Shown here: in pieces, positions 39,930 to 52,567 of the stretch
Layout: every line of letters begins with the position of its first letter
Numbering within the stretch: the first letter of the stretch is position 1
Assembly (NCBI RefSeq): GCF_001194135.2
Contig: NC_068981.1
Span: forward strand, 179,334,840 to 179,387,406
DNA: 52,567 nucleotides
From: Octopus bimaculoides
Lineage: Eukaryota
Direction of reading: 5' to 3'
Notes under the pieces: model-generated
Databases searched by the model: none
Told to the model about the DNA's origin: nothing
The model's input: only the letters and a program-made list of their open reading frames with translations
Translations under genes and position numbers: made by a program

Positions 39930-40745
39930 ATCTCATCAATGATTATAACACACATGCACACACACATACACGTATATATATATATATATAAGGATAAGTG
40001 AGTTAGCTAGGTCGATATACAAACAATATTAAATATGTTACATACAAAAAAGTATATATGTTTACATACCAAAAGGTCCGACTTACACAGACATGATATC
40101 CGACTTACATAGAAATGATATCAAGGATTAAAAGATTGAAGAAGTGTATTGCAAATCCAACAGCTGTTTCTGGGGGCTCGGTGGTCCAAAATAATGATTG
40201 TAAATTGATTCCATCGTTGGATGATACGAGCCTCCAGCTTCAGGGAAGAAATCCCACATTTGGGGTGTTAGAAAGTAGATTAAAGATGCGATTAATTTAT
40301 GGAGAGTTAAGTGTATTAGAGGGGGAATTGGGGAGGTATTCAGATAAAGAATAGTGAGGGGAGAAAATAATTTCAAGGGTTAGGGGTTAATAAGGATTCT
40401 AGTGGGGAGTTATCGTAATAGAAGTGGAAAGTAGAAGGAAGAGGGGAGGGTTGTTTAGGTAGTATGTGAATGGTGACCATTTTGTTAGAGTGCATGAAGG
40501 CTATAGAATTAATAGTTGAGATAGCGAGAAAGGGAATGGCCGTTATTTGAGGGAAATAAGTTGACTGGTTCAGTGGCTGAGGGAGAGTACAAAGGTATGT
40601 AGTGAGGTATGAGAGAAGGTAGGGATAAAAGTGGGAGGTGGCGTGTTGGTGGTCAGTATAGCAGTTGTGTGTGGTACAAAGGAATTGGCTTGGTATTGGA
40701 AGGAGAGCGCCATAGTTTGCAGAGGTGTATGAAAGCGAATGGAGG
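39930..40745 (-). mobile_element. Penelope-like element 3' portion
   Basis: Minus frames give ...IHILPKQPSPLPSTFHFYYDNSPLESLL and YHPTMESIYNHYFGP (cf. GIY-YIG C-terminal ESIYIxxxxPxLN), then an AT-rich UTR. Confidence 0.55.
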
Positions 40746-40750
40746 GTTTC

Positions 40751-41100
40751 CATCATTAATCTACTTTCTGTCAACACCTCAAATATCAAATTTTTCCCTG
40801 AAGACACAGACCCGTATCATCCGACGGTGGAATCAATTTACAATCATTACTTTGAACCACAGACTTCCCAGACACAGTTATTGGATTTGTAATACTCTTC
40901 TTCAACCCCTTTAATGCTTCATATCATTTCTATTCTGTGTAAGTCGGACCTTTTTGTATGTGAACATATATATATATTTTGTATTTAATGTATTTAATAT
41001 TCTTCGTATATCGACCTGCTTGGCCTTATATTAACTCATATATATATATATATTTATATATACTGATAGAGACTGTATGCGCCCGAAATCACTGGTCGAG
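40751..41100 (+). mobile_element. Inverted copy of the PLE 3' end (inverted pLTR)
   Basis: The reverse complement aligns with 40,009-40,288 (e.g. aaaaggtccgacttacacag, taatgattgtaaattgattcca, agaaagtagattaa). Confidence 0.85.
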
Positions 41101-41715
41101 AATACATACACACACACACAAATATATATATTCTGTATATATACTTTTGTTCTTTTTGGAGGACTTTCATTCGTGATGGGTGGCATTCTTGTTCAGCTTC
41201 ATCATTTCTCCTATTGAATCTAAGGTCGTATTATCATAAAAAATATCATAGAAGAAAATAGCATTCTCAAACGCACCGAACGGTTGCTTTCTACTTCATA
41301 CGTTATTGACTGTCGTGGTTAGAAAAAACATGTTATCAACTAAAACACAAAGATTATTCATGTCAACAGTTGAATTCCAACACACTTGTGAAGCTTGGAT
41401 TTCTGGTTTCCACGAGGGAGCGCCTTCGATGTGAAAACATATTTGCGGTTGAATGAAAATTGCTCCACGAAAATTTCCCACATGATAGTCATTATAATTA
41501 CGTTTTCCCCACAAGTTTCAGTGTCAAGTAAATTCGAGTTGAAATCATTCTGTTATTTCACCTTAAATTGCAACATTGATCCACTCTATAAAATGCAGCA
41601 TCAAAGGAATAATTACTTTGTTTTTATAGGTAAATAAATAAATGAATAAATAATACAATTCATATGAAGACTGATTATTTGGAAAAATTCGCCAGAACAA
41701 AACGAAATGATATGA

Positions 41716-41823
<108 letters not shown>

Positions 41824-42294
41824 ATGCATATATGTACGTGGGGTCGAATGTGTGTGTGTTTGTATGTATATATTTATTTACTGATTCATTTAATCTATAG
41901 ATTTCTGGCATACATCTTCCCACGAACATGTATGCTTATTTACGTACACGTCTATTTACACATAGATATATACGTACTTACTCAACCCCACTTGCATATA
42001 TCTAGTTTAGATGTACAAACGAAGAAGTAAATATTCATTTGGTTATGTTAGTTTTGTTTTTTGTTCATTCTACACTGAACACTCATGCAGTCATTACTCC
42101 GAATCCTCGAATTTATGTTTGAATGATTGCATAAGACTGGGAGTTTCGGAGATGCAAACAAGGAAATTCAAACAACCTTAGAATAGATATAGACACATAT
42201 GCATACAGATATGTACATGCATATGTACATATCACAAGTGTACATGCATATACATACACCCCTCCATAGACATAGACATAAATATATATATGTA

Positions 42295-42326
<32 letters not shown>

Positions 42327-42589
42327 CATGTGTGTGTGTATATGTGTGTATACATATGTATATATANNNNNNNNNNATATATACGTTATACATTAGTGTA
42401 TTAAATTCCCGCCTGGAATAATAAATTCGAATAATCTATCTTTTGGGTGATTAGCAAGTTTCCATTATTGTATACATTTAGAATCACCATAATGTTGATC
42501 GATAGTGAGTGAATATGATGACGACTACAATGAAATTTGTTGTTGTCGTTGATGCTGTTGTTGTTATTGTTGCTGTTTTTGTTGCTTTA

Positions 42590-42597
42590 GGTGATGG

Positions 42598-42635
<38 letters not shown>

Positions 42636-42674
42636 GTGATGGTGATGATGGTGATAGTAATGATGGTGATGATA

Positions 42675-42713
<39 letters not shown>

Positions 42714-42885
42714 GTGATGGTGATGATGGTAATGGTAATGATGGTGATGATGGTGATGATGATGATGGTGATGAGGGCATCGACGACGACGACGACGACA
42801 AAAGTAACCATGAGGATAATAATGATGATGATATTGATGAGGATGATGATGATGCTTACGATGATGGCAAATGATGATGATTAAC
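42590..42885. repeat. (GAT/GGT/GAC)n trinucleotide mosaic
   Basis: Direct reading; explains the poly-D, poly-M and poly-S ORFs. Confidence 0.95.
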
Positions 42886-43474
42886 TGCGGAACATTATGT
42901 AAACTACGGAACTTAAAGCCATAAGTAAATGAGATAACGTATTTATTAGTTCAAAACTGTTTAAAGCTGTAGATGACATAAAGTAATAGCTTTGCAATAA
43001 AGGGGATATATTTCCCCCAAGTTACTTAATTAGAGAGGGATTAATGAGCCACATAACGAGTTTAATAGTATTGTAATTGAGAATTTTGCAAAGTGCATTA
43101 CAAAATTACATTAAACCTCCTGTATAGATCTATCACACAAGCAGCACTTTGGACAGTGTCTGCAAATGAAACCATAAATTATGAAAGTTTTTGCATTCTA
43201 ATGAATTTACGGTCTTTCGATAAAAGTCTAGATAATTTCCATTCGATTATAAATCACGGTGAAAATATCATCTAAGCTATACATGCCGCACTTCCATGAT
43301 TCCATTTGTCATTTATCATGACATAAAGTAGAAATATATCTAATGGTAGCAGAAACCCAGAAAAAACAACCATGGTTATTATTGCTTAATAGCACAGTTT
43401 CCAGCATACCAAAATATGATACCGCTGTCGTGCCATTCTGCTTGGAGAATTGAAAATATTTGGTTACTAGTAGT

Positions 43475-43862
43475 GTTTCTAATAGGCACAAGACCTGGAG
43501 TTTTGAGGGGCGGGGTTAGTCGATTACATATACGTTAGTTCTCAATAGGCATTTATTTGATCGTCTTAGAAAGGGTAAAAAGCCAAAGCTGACTGCAGTG
43601 ATGGAATTTGAACTTGGAATTTAAAACCAGAACAAATACAGCTAACCTTTTTCTTCGGCGTGCAAGCTCGCCATTTTATTTATTTATTAATCTTCCTCTC
43701 TACTATAGACACAAAACGTGAAATTTTAGGTTTGAGAGCTAGTCGGTTATATCAACCCCAGTGCGTAACTTCCATTTACTTACTTCATTGACACCGAGAG
43801 GGTTAAACGCATAGTTGACCTCGGCGGAATTTAAGCTCAGAACGTAAGACGGCTCACCGCCT
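43475..43862 (-). mobile_element. Two tandem diverged family B SINE copies
   Basis: gtcgattacat, ggaatttgaac, gttgacctcggcggaattt, ...ccgcctt motifs. Confidence 0.8.
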
Positions 43863-44775
43863 TTATTTGGTTATCAATATTATTTCCTCATGGATGGCTT
43901 CGGGAAGGAAATAATAATTAAATATTAAGATTATAACACTGCTTATTGCAATCTAAAAAAGGTCTAAAGTTAAATCCAACAGGTTTTCAACGCTTCCGAT
44001 ATACATTGTAGTGTAGAAACCATTTACTGAAAAGAAAACTTTAGTGTCAGTGCTGCTGCAGGAGCCCAATCCAGCAAGTTGATTCGAATTCAGCACTGTG
44101 CTTTTACTTAGCTCTCGTCAATTTCACTGGACTTTGCTACACACTTATTGCTGTTGGGACTTAACAGCTGAGAATGCATTAATAGCGCGCTGAGAGATTG
44201 ACAGCTTTCGCCCAAAGCAATATAAGGATATGAATATTTCTAATTTTAAAAGACACAAATATAAAGACTGCATAACATACATAGAATATAAAACTGCTGG
44301 ACAAAGCAACGTCTTGTGTACGCTCTAATTGTAATGTGGTAGTAGTTTCATAGCATTGATGTTTAATACGCTGTTAAGAAACAGCAGCAGTAATATATAC
44401 ATTTATCAAATATTATTGACATTAATACCACACCCTTAATAAACGATTTCATCTCGAGGAAAAGTTATTGAATTTTATTACATTATGATATCAAAACAGA
44501 TCGCTTTACATCCACGGATAATCGCTCGTGAATTACACTAAGTCATAATGGGTTATGCCTCTTTCCTTAAATCTCAGGCATGGAATATATGTGGAAAACA
44601 GTATATAACAAAAATAATGAAATCTCTCTCTCTCTCTCTCTAATATATANNNNNNNNNNNNNNNNNNNNNNNNNNNNNNNNNNNNNNNNNNNNNNNNNNN
44701 NNNNNNNNNNNNNNNNNNNNNNNNNNNNNNNNNNNNNNNNNNNNNNNNNNNNNNNNNNNNNNNNNNNNNNNNNCG

Positions 44776-44808
<33 letters not shown>

Positions 44809-47800
44809 TTCTATATTTTATCTGCAAATAGGAAAAATTAAGAAATAATAATTTACACTTTCCCCTTCTAACTCCACTGAATTAGCGCTTTAATACACAC
44901 TTTGGCAAGACTGTGCTCGAAACTATTAATGTCACTTATTTCAGTTATGCTTATGCATTGAACGATGATATCGTTTGTGTTTATTACAAATTAATTTTCT
45001 TATTAACAATTTTTTATTATAGTAAGTATTTAACTAATGGGGTCTTGTTTTGTCTTATGTTTTCATCAATCGTTCGGTCATGAAGGCAAGTGTTCCTAAT
45101 GAGAAAAATTAACGACAGAATAACCAATAAGTGTTGTAAAAGACTCTTACTGCAACCATAAGCTAATTTGTCAAGATGTCATTATTGATTAACGATAGCA
45201 GTAAGGAAAAATAGTAAAAACTGCTGACTAAAGCGTAATGCAATGTAATACTAAATAATTACTGCAATCATCCGTGTTAGCCAGAATGGTATATAAACTA
45301 TAGGTATGAGTCATAGACTTTCTATAAGCTCTGGAGTATAATCTTCTATTCTCTTGTAGTTTATATCACCTATGTTATTCACAAAGTTCAGGAAGATACG
45401 GGCATCGCGAAAACCACTTCCATGCAACTGATGTGATGTTTATGTGTTAAAATGAATCAAAGTTTGAGGCGGTGATTCGGTTCAGTAAGTTGTAACCCTT
45501 TCATTTCACCGGTATCCCTTGGAAAGCAGCAGTTTTCTCTCATTTTATATGAATTTATTTGGAAGCCTTTGGAAATGTTCTGCTTAATTTTAAAAATTTT
45601 CTGTTTGATGTGAATCTTTTAAAAATATGTGGAAACTTTGTTAAAACATTTTACATCCCTCAACAGTATTGAATTGAATTTTTATTGTTGTTTGTCGTTT
45701 TTATTAAAAACGATCTATAAGCATCACATATGTTTCATTATATTGGAACTGTATTCGATTTATTGTATTACAAAATTGTAACAAAACATCTGGAAGAAAA
45801 ACTACCCATTTAGAAAAAAGTGGTAGCAACTGAAATTTTAATTCTTTAAATAATTTATTTCATCAGTTAAGTCACCATAATTGAAAGGAATATCGTCTGT
45901 TATAATTACATGTGGATTATATTAAAACCTTTTAAATATTTAATCAAACTTTTAATTAAAAAAAATATTTTTTGACATCGTAAATAAACTGAAAGTGCTT
46001 GAACTAGTTTCAATTCTTTACAATACTTTATCCGTACTTATATTTTCGGTTTACGCTGATATTTACTATATTTTCTTCTTATGAGAATTTCTAAATAGAA
46101 AATTTTTCATAGCTTTTTGTTACTTCGAAATCACTTATGAAGTAGCTTATTTTGTATAAAACCAAAATACTAGTATCAAATATAGTGGAAAGAAAGATTT
46201 ATTTACTGTGAATAAATGTGTTTCAGAGACATTATCAGGACGAAATTACTGCTGTAGTATTTGACATAGATTGGAAAAATATTTCGAAGGAATAAAGCAA
46301 TCGGAGATTTTTGTATAATTAAAATAACATTAGTCAATGAAATCAGAAGTTACCCCATGGCTACTTTGGAATACATCATCTTTGATTTTATAAGTTTTCT
46401 CAAGCTTTTTGTCGTAGTAGTAAGCTTTCCAACGTATTCTATGCGTGTATATATATATGTATATATACTATTTATTATTTACTATTTATTATTTAAAGTA
46501 CTGTTTCGTAAGTAACATAATACACCACCCAAACTCTTATCAATCTTGATTCACATACCCAGTATTGACTTGAGGCATCTGGTATAGAACCCAACAAAAG
46601 GCAATGAATATGGTGATGTAATCAGTATGAGTTTAATCTGTATGCAAAATGAAGTAGACTTCCATCCGAGAAAGAGACTTATTGGTAATGGATGTAAACA
46701 TCGAGGAAATCAGGAGCCCTTCGAATGTTTCATTTGCCGGAAGTAAAACCTTTGCCGCGAGTTACAGACTATGACATTTCATTCGCCATCAAAAGCAGTC
46801 TATCTTGGATCTATCTGTAATAATAAAGATAAACATTGATTTCTAACATACATGTTTCTTTTTTTTTATAGGTGAAGAGAGAAAAGAACGATTCAAGTGC
46901 GTGCATCATTCAGCAGCATAAGCAGACTAAGGATTGAGGATTAAAACTAAGACTCATTCTCGATTCAATGGTAATTTGCCATTTTAATACTGTAGCCACA
47001 AATGTACTAAATATTAAATTCGTACCTAATCTAACTAGAGATTAAAACTAAAATTGTGAAGTGTTCATAATTTGACCAATGAGATTATCATCCTAGATTA
47101 GAATTTACATATACACCTATGCTTTACTTATCCACATCATAATTCTATCAAGATAATATAGTACGATCAAATTTATATTCACGTTCGTAATTCACGATAA
47201 TGTGGTGCTAACAGATCTGAGAGAAATTGACTAGACAATTCCATAGATGATCGTGTCAGCCTTCCTTATATTAGCAACATAAAAATTAGTATTGCATAAT
47301 AATAAATGTTACATACAAACATGCATACATACATACATACATACGTACATACATATAATTCCAATAGCAATCACCAACACGTATCGATACTAAATCACAG
47401 GAACGTTGTTTTATATCTCAATCATCCTTAGTAATTGAATCGACTTTTGGCTCTCGAAACAAGGAACATCCACCTACCGCTAAACAAGGCTGCTCGCCTC
47501 ACTCGGTTCAGTTTCTTCACATCATTTTTACGTCCAAAATATACCCAAGATGCACATCGTCTGCATATATATCACCCATATGCGAGCACTCGCAAAAGTT
47601 ATAGGCATTACGTTTCCAATTTTTATGAAATGATTAAAAAGTACATTTATATTTCTATACATGTATGAATGTATGAATGTACGTATGAACTCATACATAC
47701 ATACATAGATATATATTCATACATGCACATATTTACATATCTTCCCATTCTAATGTTGAAAATTGGTATATTTACATAGTTTATCTATTCTGGTTATAAT

Positions 47801-47849
47801 ATCATTTTTAGTAACCTTAAATTTTATCTTCATGCGACATAACAATATT

Positions 47850-48230
47850 GTTTATATGCAATCATCCATTGTACTCCATGATAATTTCCTCTGTATTAAC
47901 ATCATAGGTTTTATTAGCGTATTGCTCCTTCAACTGGTATTTAACATCTTGATTTAGGGTCTTCCTCTACCCAACCTCCTTTATAAACAATTCCTCATAC
48001 AATTTCTAAAATCCTGACAATATTTATGACCATACCCATCTATAAACTGTCAACTCATTTTAAACATACACTGTCCTCCAGCCTTAGATTTGGTAGTTGA
48101 TAAAAAAAAAAGTGAACCACTATCATTTACAAACTATGACCCTAAAAAACTTCATATACTTCTTAGAAGTGTAGTATATTCTGAGTTACATTAGTATCAA
48201 CATGGACTTTCTCCCTCTTCTTGCTCTGTT
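47850..48230 (-). pseudogene. RTE-clade LINE 3' remnant
   Basis: Minus strand ...RRLGRGRP*IKMLN (47,953-47,979), preceded by a degenerate WYGH...RKLYEE-like stretch, as at RTE ORF ends. Confidence 0.5.
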
Positions 48231-48665
48231 AGAGAATTTGAGTAAAATTATTTTAATGGGTCCAACTAATTAAAAATTCTATTTACTTATGCAGCTGGGG
48301 ATAGCCCTGCATTTAAATTAATGTAATGATTGAATTGTTCAATTAAATGAAACCGCTTGAAACGGTCATATTGCATCACTTCTTGATATCCTGTTGCTTA
48401 TTTTGATCTTATTCACCTTACTTTGAGTTGTACGGATAATACCGCACTAACTTGGTGCTTCAACTTAAGCACTTAATTCAACTGTGTCTCAATTATGTAT
48501 ATATATATATATATATATNNNNNNNNNNNNNNNNNNNNNNNNNNNNNNNNNNNNNNNNNNNNNNNNNNNNNNNNNNNNNNNNNNNNNNNNNNNNNNNNNN
48601 NNNNNNNNNNNNNNNNNNNNNNNNNNNNNNNNNNNNNNNNNNNNNNNNNNNNNNNNATGTGTGTG

Positions 48666-48718
<53 letters not shown>

Positions 48719-48729
48719 ATATGTATATA

Positions 48730-49010
48730 CATCCTTGGGTATCCACGCCAAGTACCAAGTGATGTACGAGATTGGACGACCATGGTTGATGTTGAGTCTG
48801 CTCTGCAATAGCAGCTCACTAGTTGATTTCCAAACGTTTTCTGATTGTACAAACGTTCAAGCCGTTGGTCTAGACTCCTCTACCTTGTTAGTAATCCAAC
48901 GTCCTTCTGCTGATGTCTTCACCATATCCCTAGCACAGGAGTCTAAAGTGTTGCTAGCACTTGCCCGACGGAAGGTGCCACTTAGTCTCCTTCTTACGGC
49001 CTGCCACTCA
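48730..49010 (-). pseudogene. Possible Tc1-like transposase N-terminal remnant
   Basis: KTSAEGRWITNKV and VCTIRKRLEIN resemble Tc1 HTH-region motifs; many stops. Confidence 0.35.
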
Positions 49011-49659
49011 TGTGGATGCTCTACTGTGCATGTATATGAAATCTACTCTGCTTTTTTTTTATATTATCTATCATAAAATTGTCAAATATATTTAAACTAC
49101 GTAAGAAACCAAATTTATTCCAAGTAAGCTTAATAGTAAAATGACATATTAAATGACATAACTAAATTTTAAATTTGGTTTATTAAAGTTGTCTCTCACC
49201 TTGGGGCTTACGTTATCAAAGTTCATTATGTAAAAATTAGTAAAACAAATGTATGTAGTTAACATATCTTTGGAATTTTGTTTCATTCTTACTGCTACTA
49301 ACTCCAAGAATATAAATAAAAATTATATTAAGCTAATGAAATCTGATTTTAAGTTATCTTCTAGTAAGAAAAATCTTCTAGTAATGACTTTTGTGCGAAT
49401 CACCAGTGTTGAGCAGTAATCATTCAGTAAAAGCAAATACCACGTTATATTACCTTACCAGATACGGCGTCATATTTTATTTGTTAATGACTTAAGCGGT
49501 AATGCGTTGGAATAAATATATTTCGATATCTAAATACCTTCTTTGCATTTCACTATTCTAATGGAGAGAATGTGTAAATCTCATAAAATAAAGTTGATTA
49601 AATCAATTGAATTTCTCATTCATACATGATCCGGTGCAGTAAATTTAACCACTTCTGAA

Positions 49660-49878
49660 TATTCTTTTCTACTCTAGGCACAAACCCCGAAATTTTGGGG
49701 GAGGGGAGGCAGTCGATTAGATTGACCCCAGTATGCAATTGGTACTTAATTTATCGACCCCGAAAGGATGAAAGGCAAAGTCGACCTCGGGTGAATTTGA
49801 ACTCAGAACGTAAAGACGGACGATATACCGCTAAACATTTCGCCCGGCGTGTTAACAATTATGCTAGCTCGCCGCCTT
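49660..49878 (-). mobile_element. Family B SINE, well preserved
   Basis: Full head-to-tail match to the 13.5-kb copy; flanks ttaac[c/t]actt suggest a ~10-bp TSD. Confidence 0.92.
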
Positions 49879-49926
49879 AACTACTTGCCTGTTTCATCTA
49901 ACGCGGAGTAGATGAAACAGGGACAA

Positions 49927-50158
49927 CTGACGAAGGGGTCTACTCTTTATGTTGCATGTCTCGTTTCTCTGTATATTTTTTCCATTGTTTGGAAAAAGTT
50001 CGTTTTCTATGTTTTCGTTTCTCATTGTGTTTAACGTTTTTTGATGTCCTGTACCCATATATACATGTCTATATACATATATATGTAGGTATTTATATAT
50101 ATGTATGGATATATGTATACATTTATGTATTATTTATATTATTATATGATCGAACGCC
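49927..50158 (+). mobile_element. Dispersed repeat related to 1075-1240 (minus)
   Basis: Shared ctga[c/t]gaag start and atga[t/c]cgaacgc end; atgtcctgtaccca is shared with the 452-568 copy. Confidence 0.6.
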
Positions 50159-50232
50159 ACACATGCTTTTTCAAGTATATATATACATATATATANNNNN
50201 NNNNNNNNNNNNNNNNNNNNNNNNNNATATAT

Positions 50233-50287
<55 letters not shown>

Positions 50288-52567
50288 CCTCTATGTAAAT
50301 GTGTGTGATTGCGCACAAATATGTGCATACATACCATACATGGTGATACAATATATTTGGTGTAGCAATGAACTATGTATGTTGCTATTTATTTGAACTA
50401 GATTACTTATTCAAATCTTCCGATAATGTTTATTGCACGCTGCATGAATAGAACCTTCTGTGAGCTGGGCACAGCCGGATTGATAAATCTTTCCCCCTCT
50501 CTCTATTTTTCTGCCACCGCATTACCATACGCAGTATCTGTGTATTTTGTAACCCTACGCATGTTGTGCAAGGGTTTCTGAGCAGTAGTGGGCCTAAGGA
50601 TGACGAATGCAAACCAGCTCTAGTACATATACACTGACATTTTAAAAAACCACTGTCTTACAGGCTTATGAGTTAGTCTAAGGAAATAAACTTGAAGGAA
50701 GGATATATTTGCGAAATAAGATATAGCAGTTAAGTTGAGGCTGTCTTGCACAAACTGTAATTCCCGCAACTCCTTACTAATGGGAAGAGGTAAGCGCAGC
50801 CTTGTCACTGATATTATTTCTTTTAAAGCAAAAATTAAGTGATGCTGAAAGGACCTCTAACACAACAGTAAAGTATGATTTCGCAGTTATCGGCTCCTGT
50901 GTTTTACACTCATTGCTTTTTCTGACCCATAGTTTATCATCAATTTGAAACACTGCCTTTCAACTCTGATTGAACTGCGTTTCTAAGTACGTTTGCGATC
51001 TAATTTATAATTTAAATTTTGGCGGGGTATTTCTACTTATATTTTTTTATTATTAGTAACTGGAGAATAGCTTTATTTCAGTGCGTAGTCCTTCGGTATT
51101 ACACATAAGCAACATGTCTAGATGCTTTTTATTATTTTAACCATTTGTCTGGGAGAAAATTTATGGATACGAAATATTTTGTTAAAATAATCATCCATTT
51201 AATGAGTATTTGCAGATGATAGAATTTTGATATTCATTATGTTTATATAGTGGCAATAACATTTAGAATCTGGTATGATGTAAAAATTGGGTATCAACCT
51301 AATGAATGACGGAATAGTACACATGAAAGTAAAAGTCGAAAAGCCATTATAGGATATTAGTGTATTTGTTGAAAATATACAATTACTGGAAAATATAGTT
51401 AGCGCTAAGAAAGCGGTGTTTTCAGAGATCAGCACGAAGGAAAATGTCTTGTACAGTGTCTACAAAAGGGTTTATTAGAAATTCATAGCGTTTTTTAATG
51501 AAAGTCAGGCTGTGATCTTTGATACCAACGACGTCGTTTGTGGAGAACGTCAAAGGAAATATCCTTACCGAATAGACGTTTCTTCGTAGAAGTTTTCCCT
51601 TTCACCAGTGTCGTGGTGTGCTGCTATTATCTGGTGTTATATAGCTTATAACGCTGCTGCAATAATGCATATGATCAATATACAGTTTCTCGACAATAAT
51701 TCATGTATCATTTTCACCGAAGCGTTTACTGATGACAGTGCATTTTCACACTGAACTAAATACCTTGAAAATATAATAAGAGGAAAATTGCATTCTGATA
51801 ATCATTTGATTTCATTTTAAGAATAGTTGATCTTGGATTAAGTGACTAATTTGGAAGTAGACGCTGAAAATCCAGAATACTCGGGCGCATTTTCACAGAA
51901 TCCAGGACTTACGTGAGATACAGAAAGCGTTCATAGCAAAATGTATGTAATCTTTATATAATTCATGCCAAATCAATAACGAAAACTTCTAGCAATAATG
52001 TTTAAGAGATATCTCACGAAATATGTAAATTTGATAGTAGTTTACTTATTTACGGGACAGTTAAAATACGCCAACTCTCTTTATATTCTTTATGCTTGAA
52101 AATCACCTGAGATTGGCAGTCAGTCATAACTTTATTAAATGGGTGAAACAGCGAAATCTCTTGTTATGCATTACATCAATACTTTGTGGTAATAGCAAGT
52201 TCGGAGGTGGTATTAAATGAAATAGTTGTTAGTCATTAGGTGTTAAATGTAAAAGTTTGTTCAAAATTTGATACAGTTATATTTCAGTTTTAATGTAGTG
52301 TAAAATTCGTTGCATAATCTTGCGTTTAGTTAACGAAATCGATGAACCATGAGAGAAAAGAAAAAGAGAGAAATTCTGTAAAATGTATGTTTCTTCCTTT
52401 ACCGCATAACTATTTACTTAATCGATCATTTATGGCTTGATTTCATGTTAATTATATGTACAGCTCGTGTCTACGTTTTACTTCAGGACGCTCGAAAATG
52501 TTGGTAGACTCCAGTAGTTCGTTAAAAAGCGATGAGCAGTATAAAAACATGCATATATATATGCATA

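Noticed and set aside
41296-41514. 72-aa minus ORF and overlapping open frame
   Set aside because: No homology recalled and no consistent splice sites.
46355-46439. Minus-strand RIRWKAYYYDKK... as an exon or PLE N-terminal piece
   Set aside because: Weak acceptor; joining it to the 38.4-kb exon gives no recognisable protein, and the PLE match rests on five residues.
47470-47560. KNDVKKLNRVRRAA, resembling a CR1/L2 RT C-terminus
   Set aside because: Too short to support.
49910-49975. GAAAC...CTGACGA as a type II hammerhead
   Set aside because: No NUH triplet or stems in the required order.
51300-51800. Stop-poor frames, possibly a LINE APE endonuclease remnant (GERENFYEE)
   Set aside because: Only one motif matches; the GDFNA-type motif was not found.

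Overview
AT-rich, repeat-dense animal genomic DNA from a gapped short-read assembly. There are nine N-runs, each next to a simple repeat. The SINE families and microsatellite load resemble an octopus (coleoid cephalopod) genome, but that is inferred from recalled motifs, not from a search. I found no complete host gene; nearly all ORFs in the supplied track are microsatellite or gap artefacts. Recognisable content: tRNA-derived SINEs of at least three families, a decayed cecropia-type mariner, Tc1 fragments, a TA-flanked MITE, a Helitron-like non-autonomous element, R4/Dong-like LINE pieces sitting in (AAT)n arrays, an RTE fragment and several Penelope-like element (PLE) remnants. The most notable signals are hammerhead-ribozyme motifs. 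One at 35,644-35,742 has a complete catalytic core, one decayed minimal motif lies at 24,668-24,713, and related remnants lie in both arms of an inverted PLE structure at 39.9-41.1 kb. Two weak candidate host exons are on the minus strand (4.4-4.67 kb and 38.4 kb). I see no evidence for a wholly new protein-coding system.
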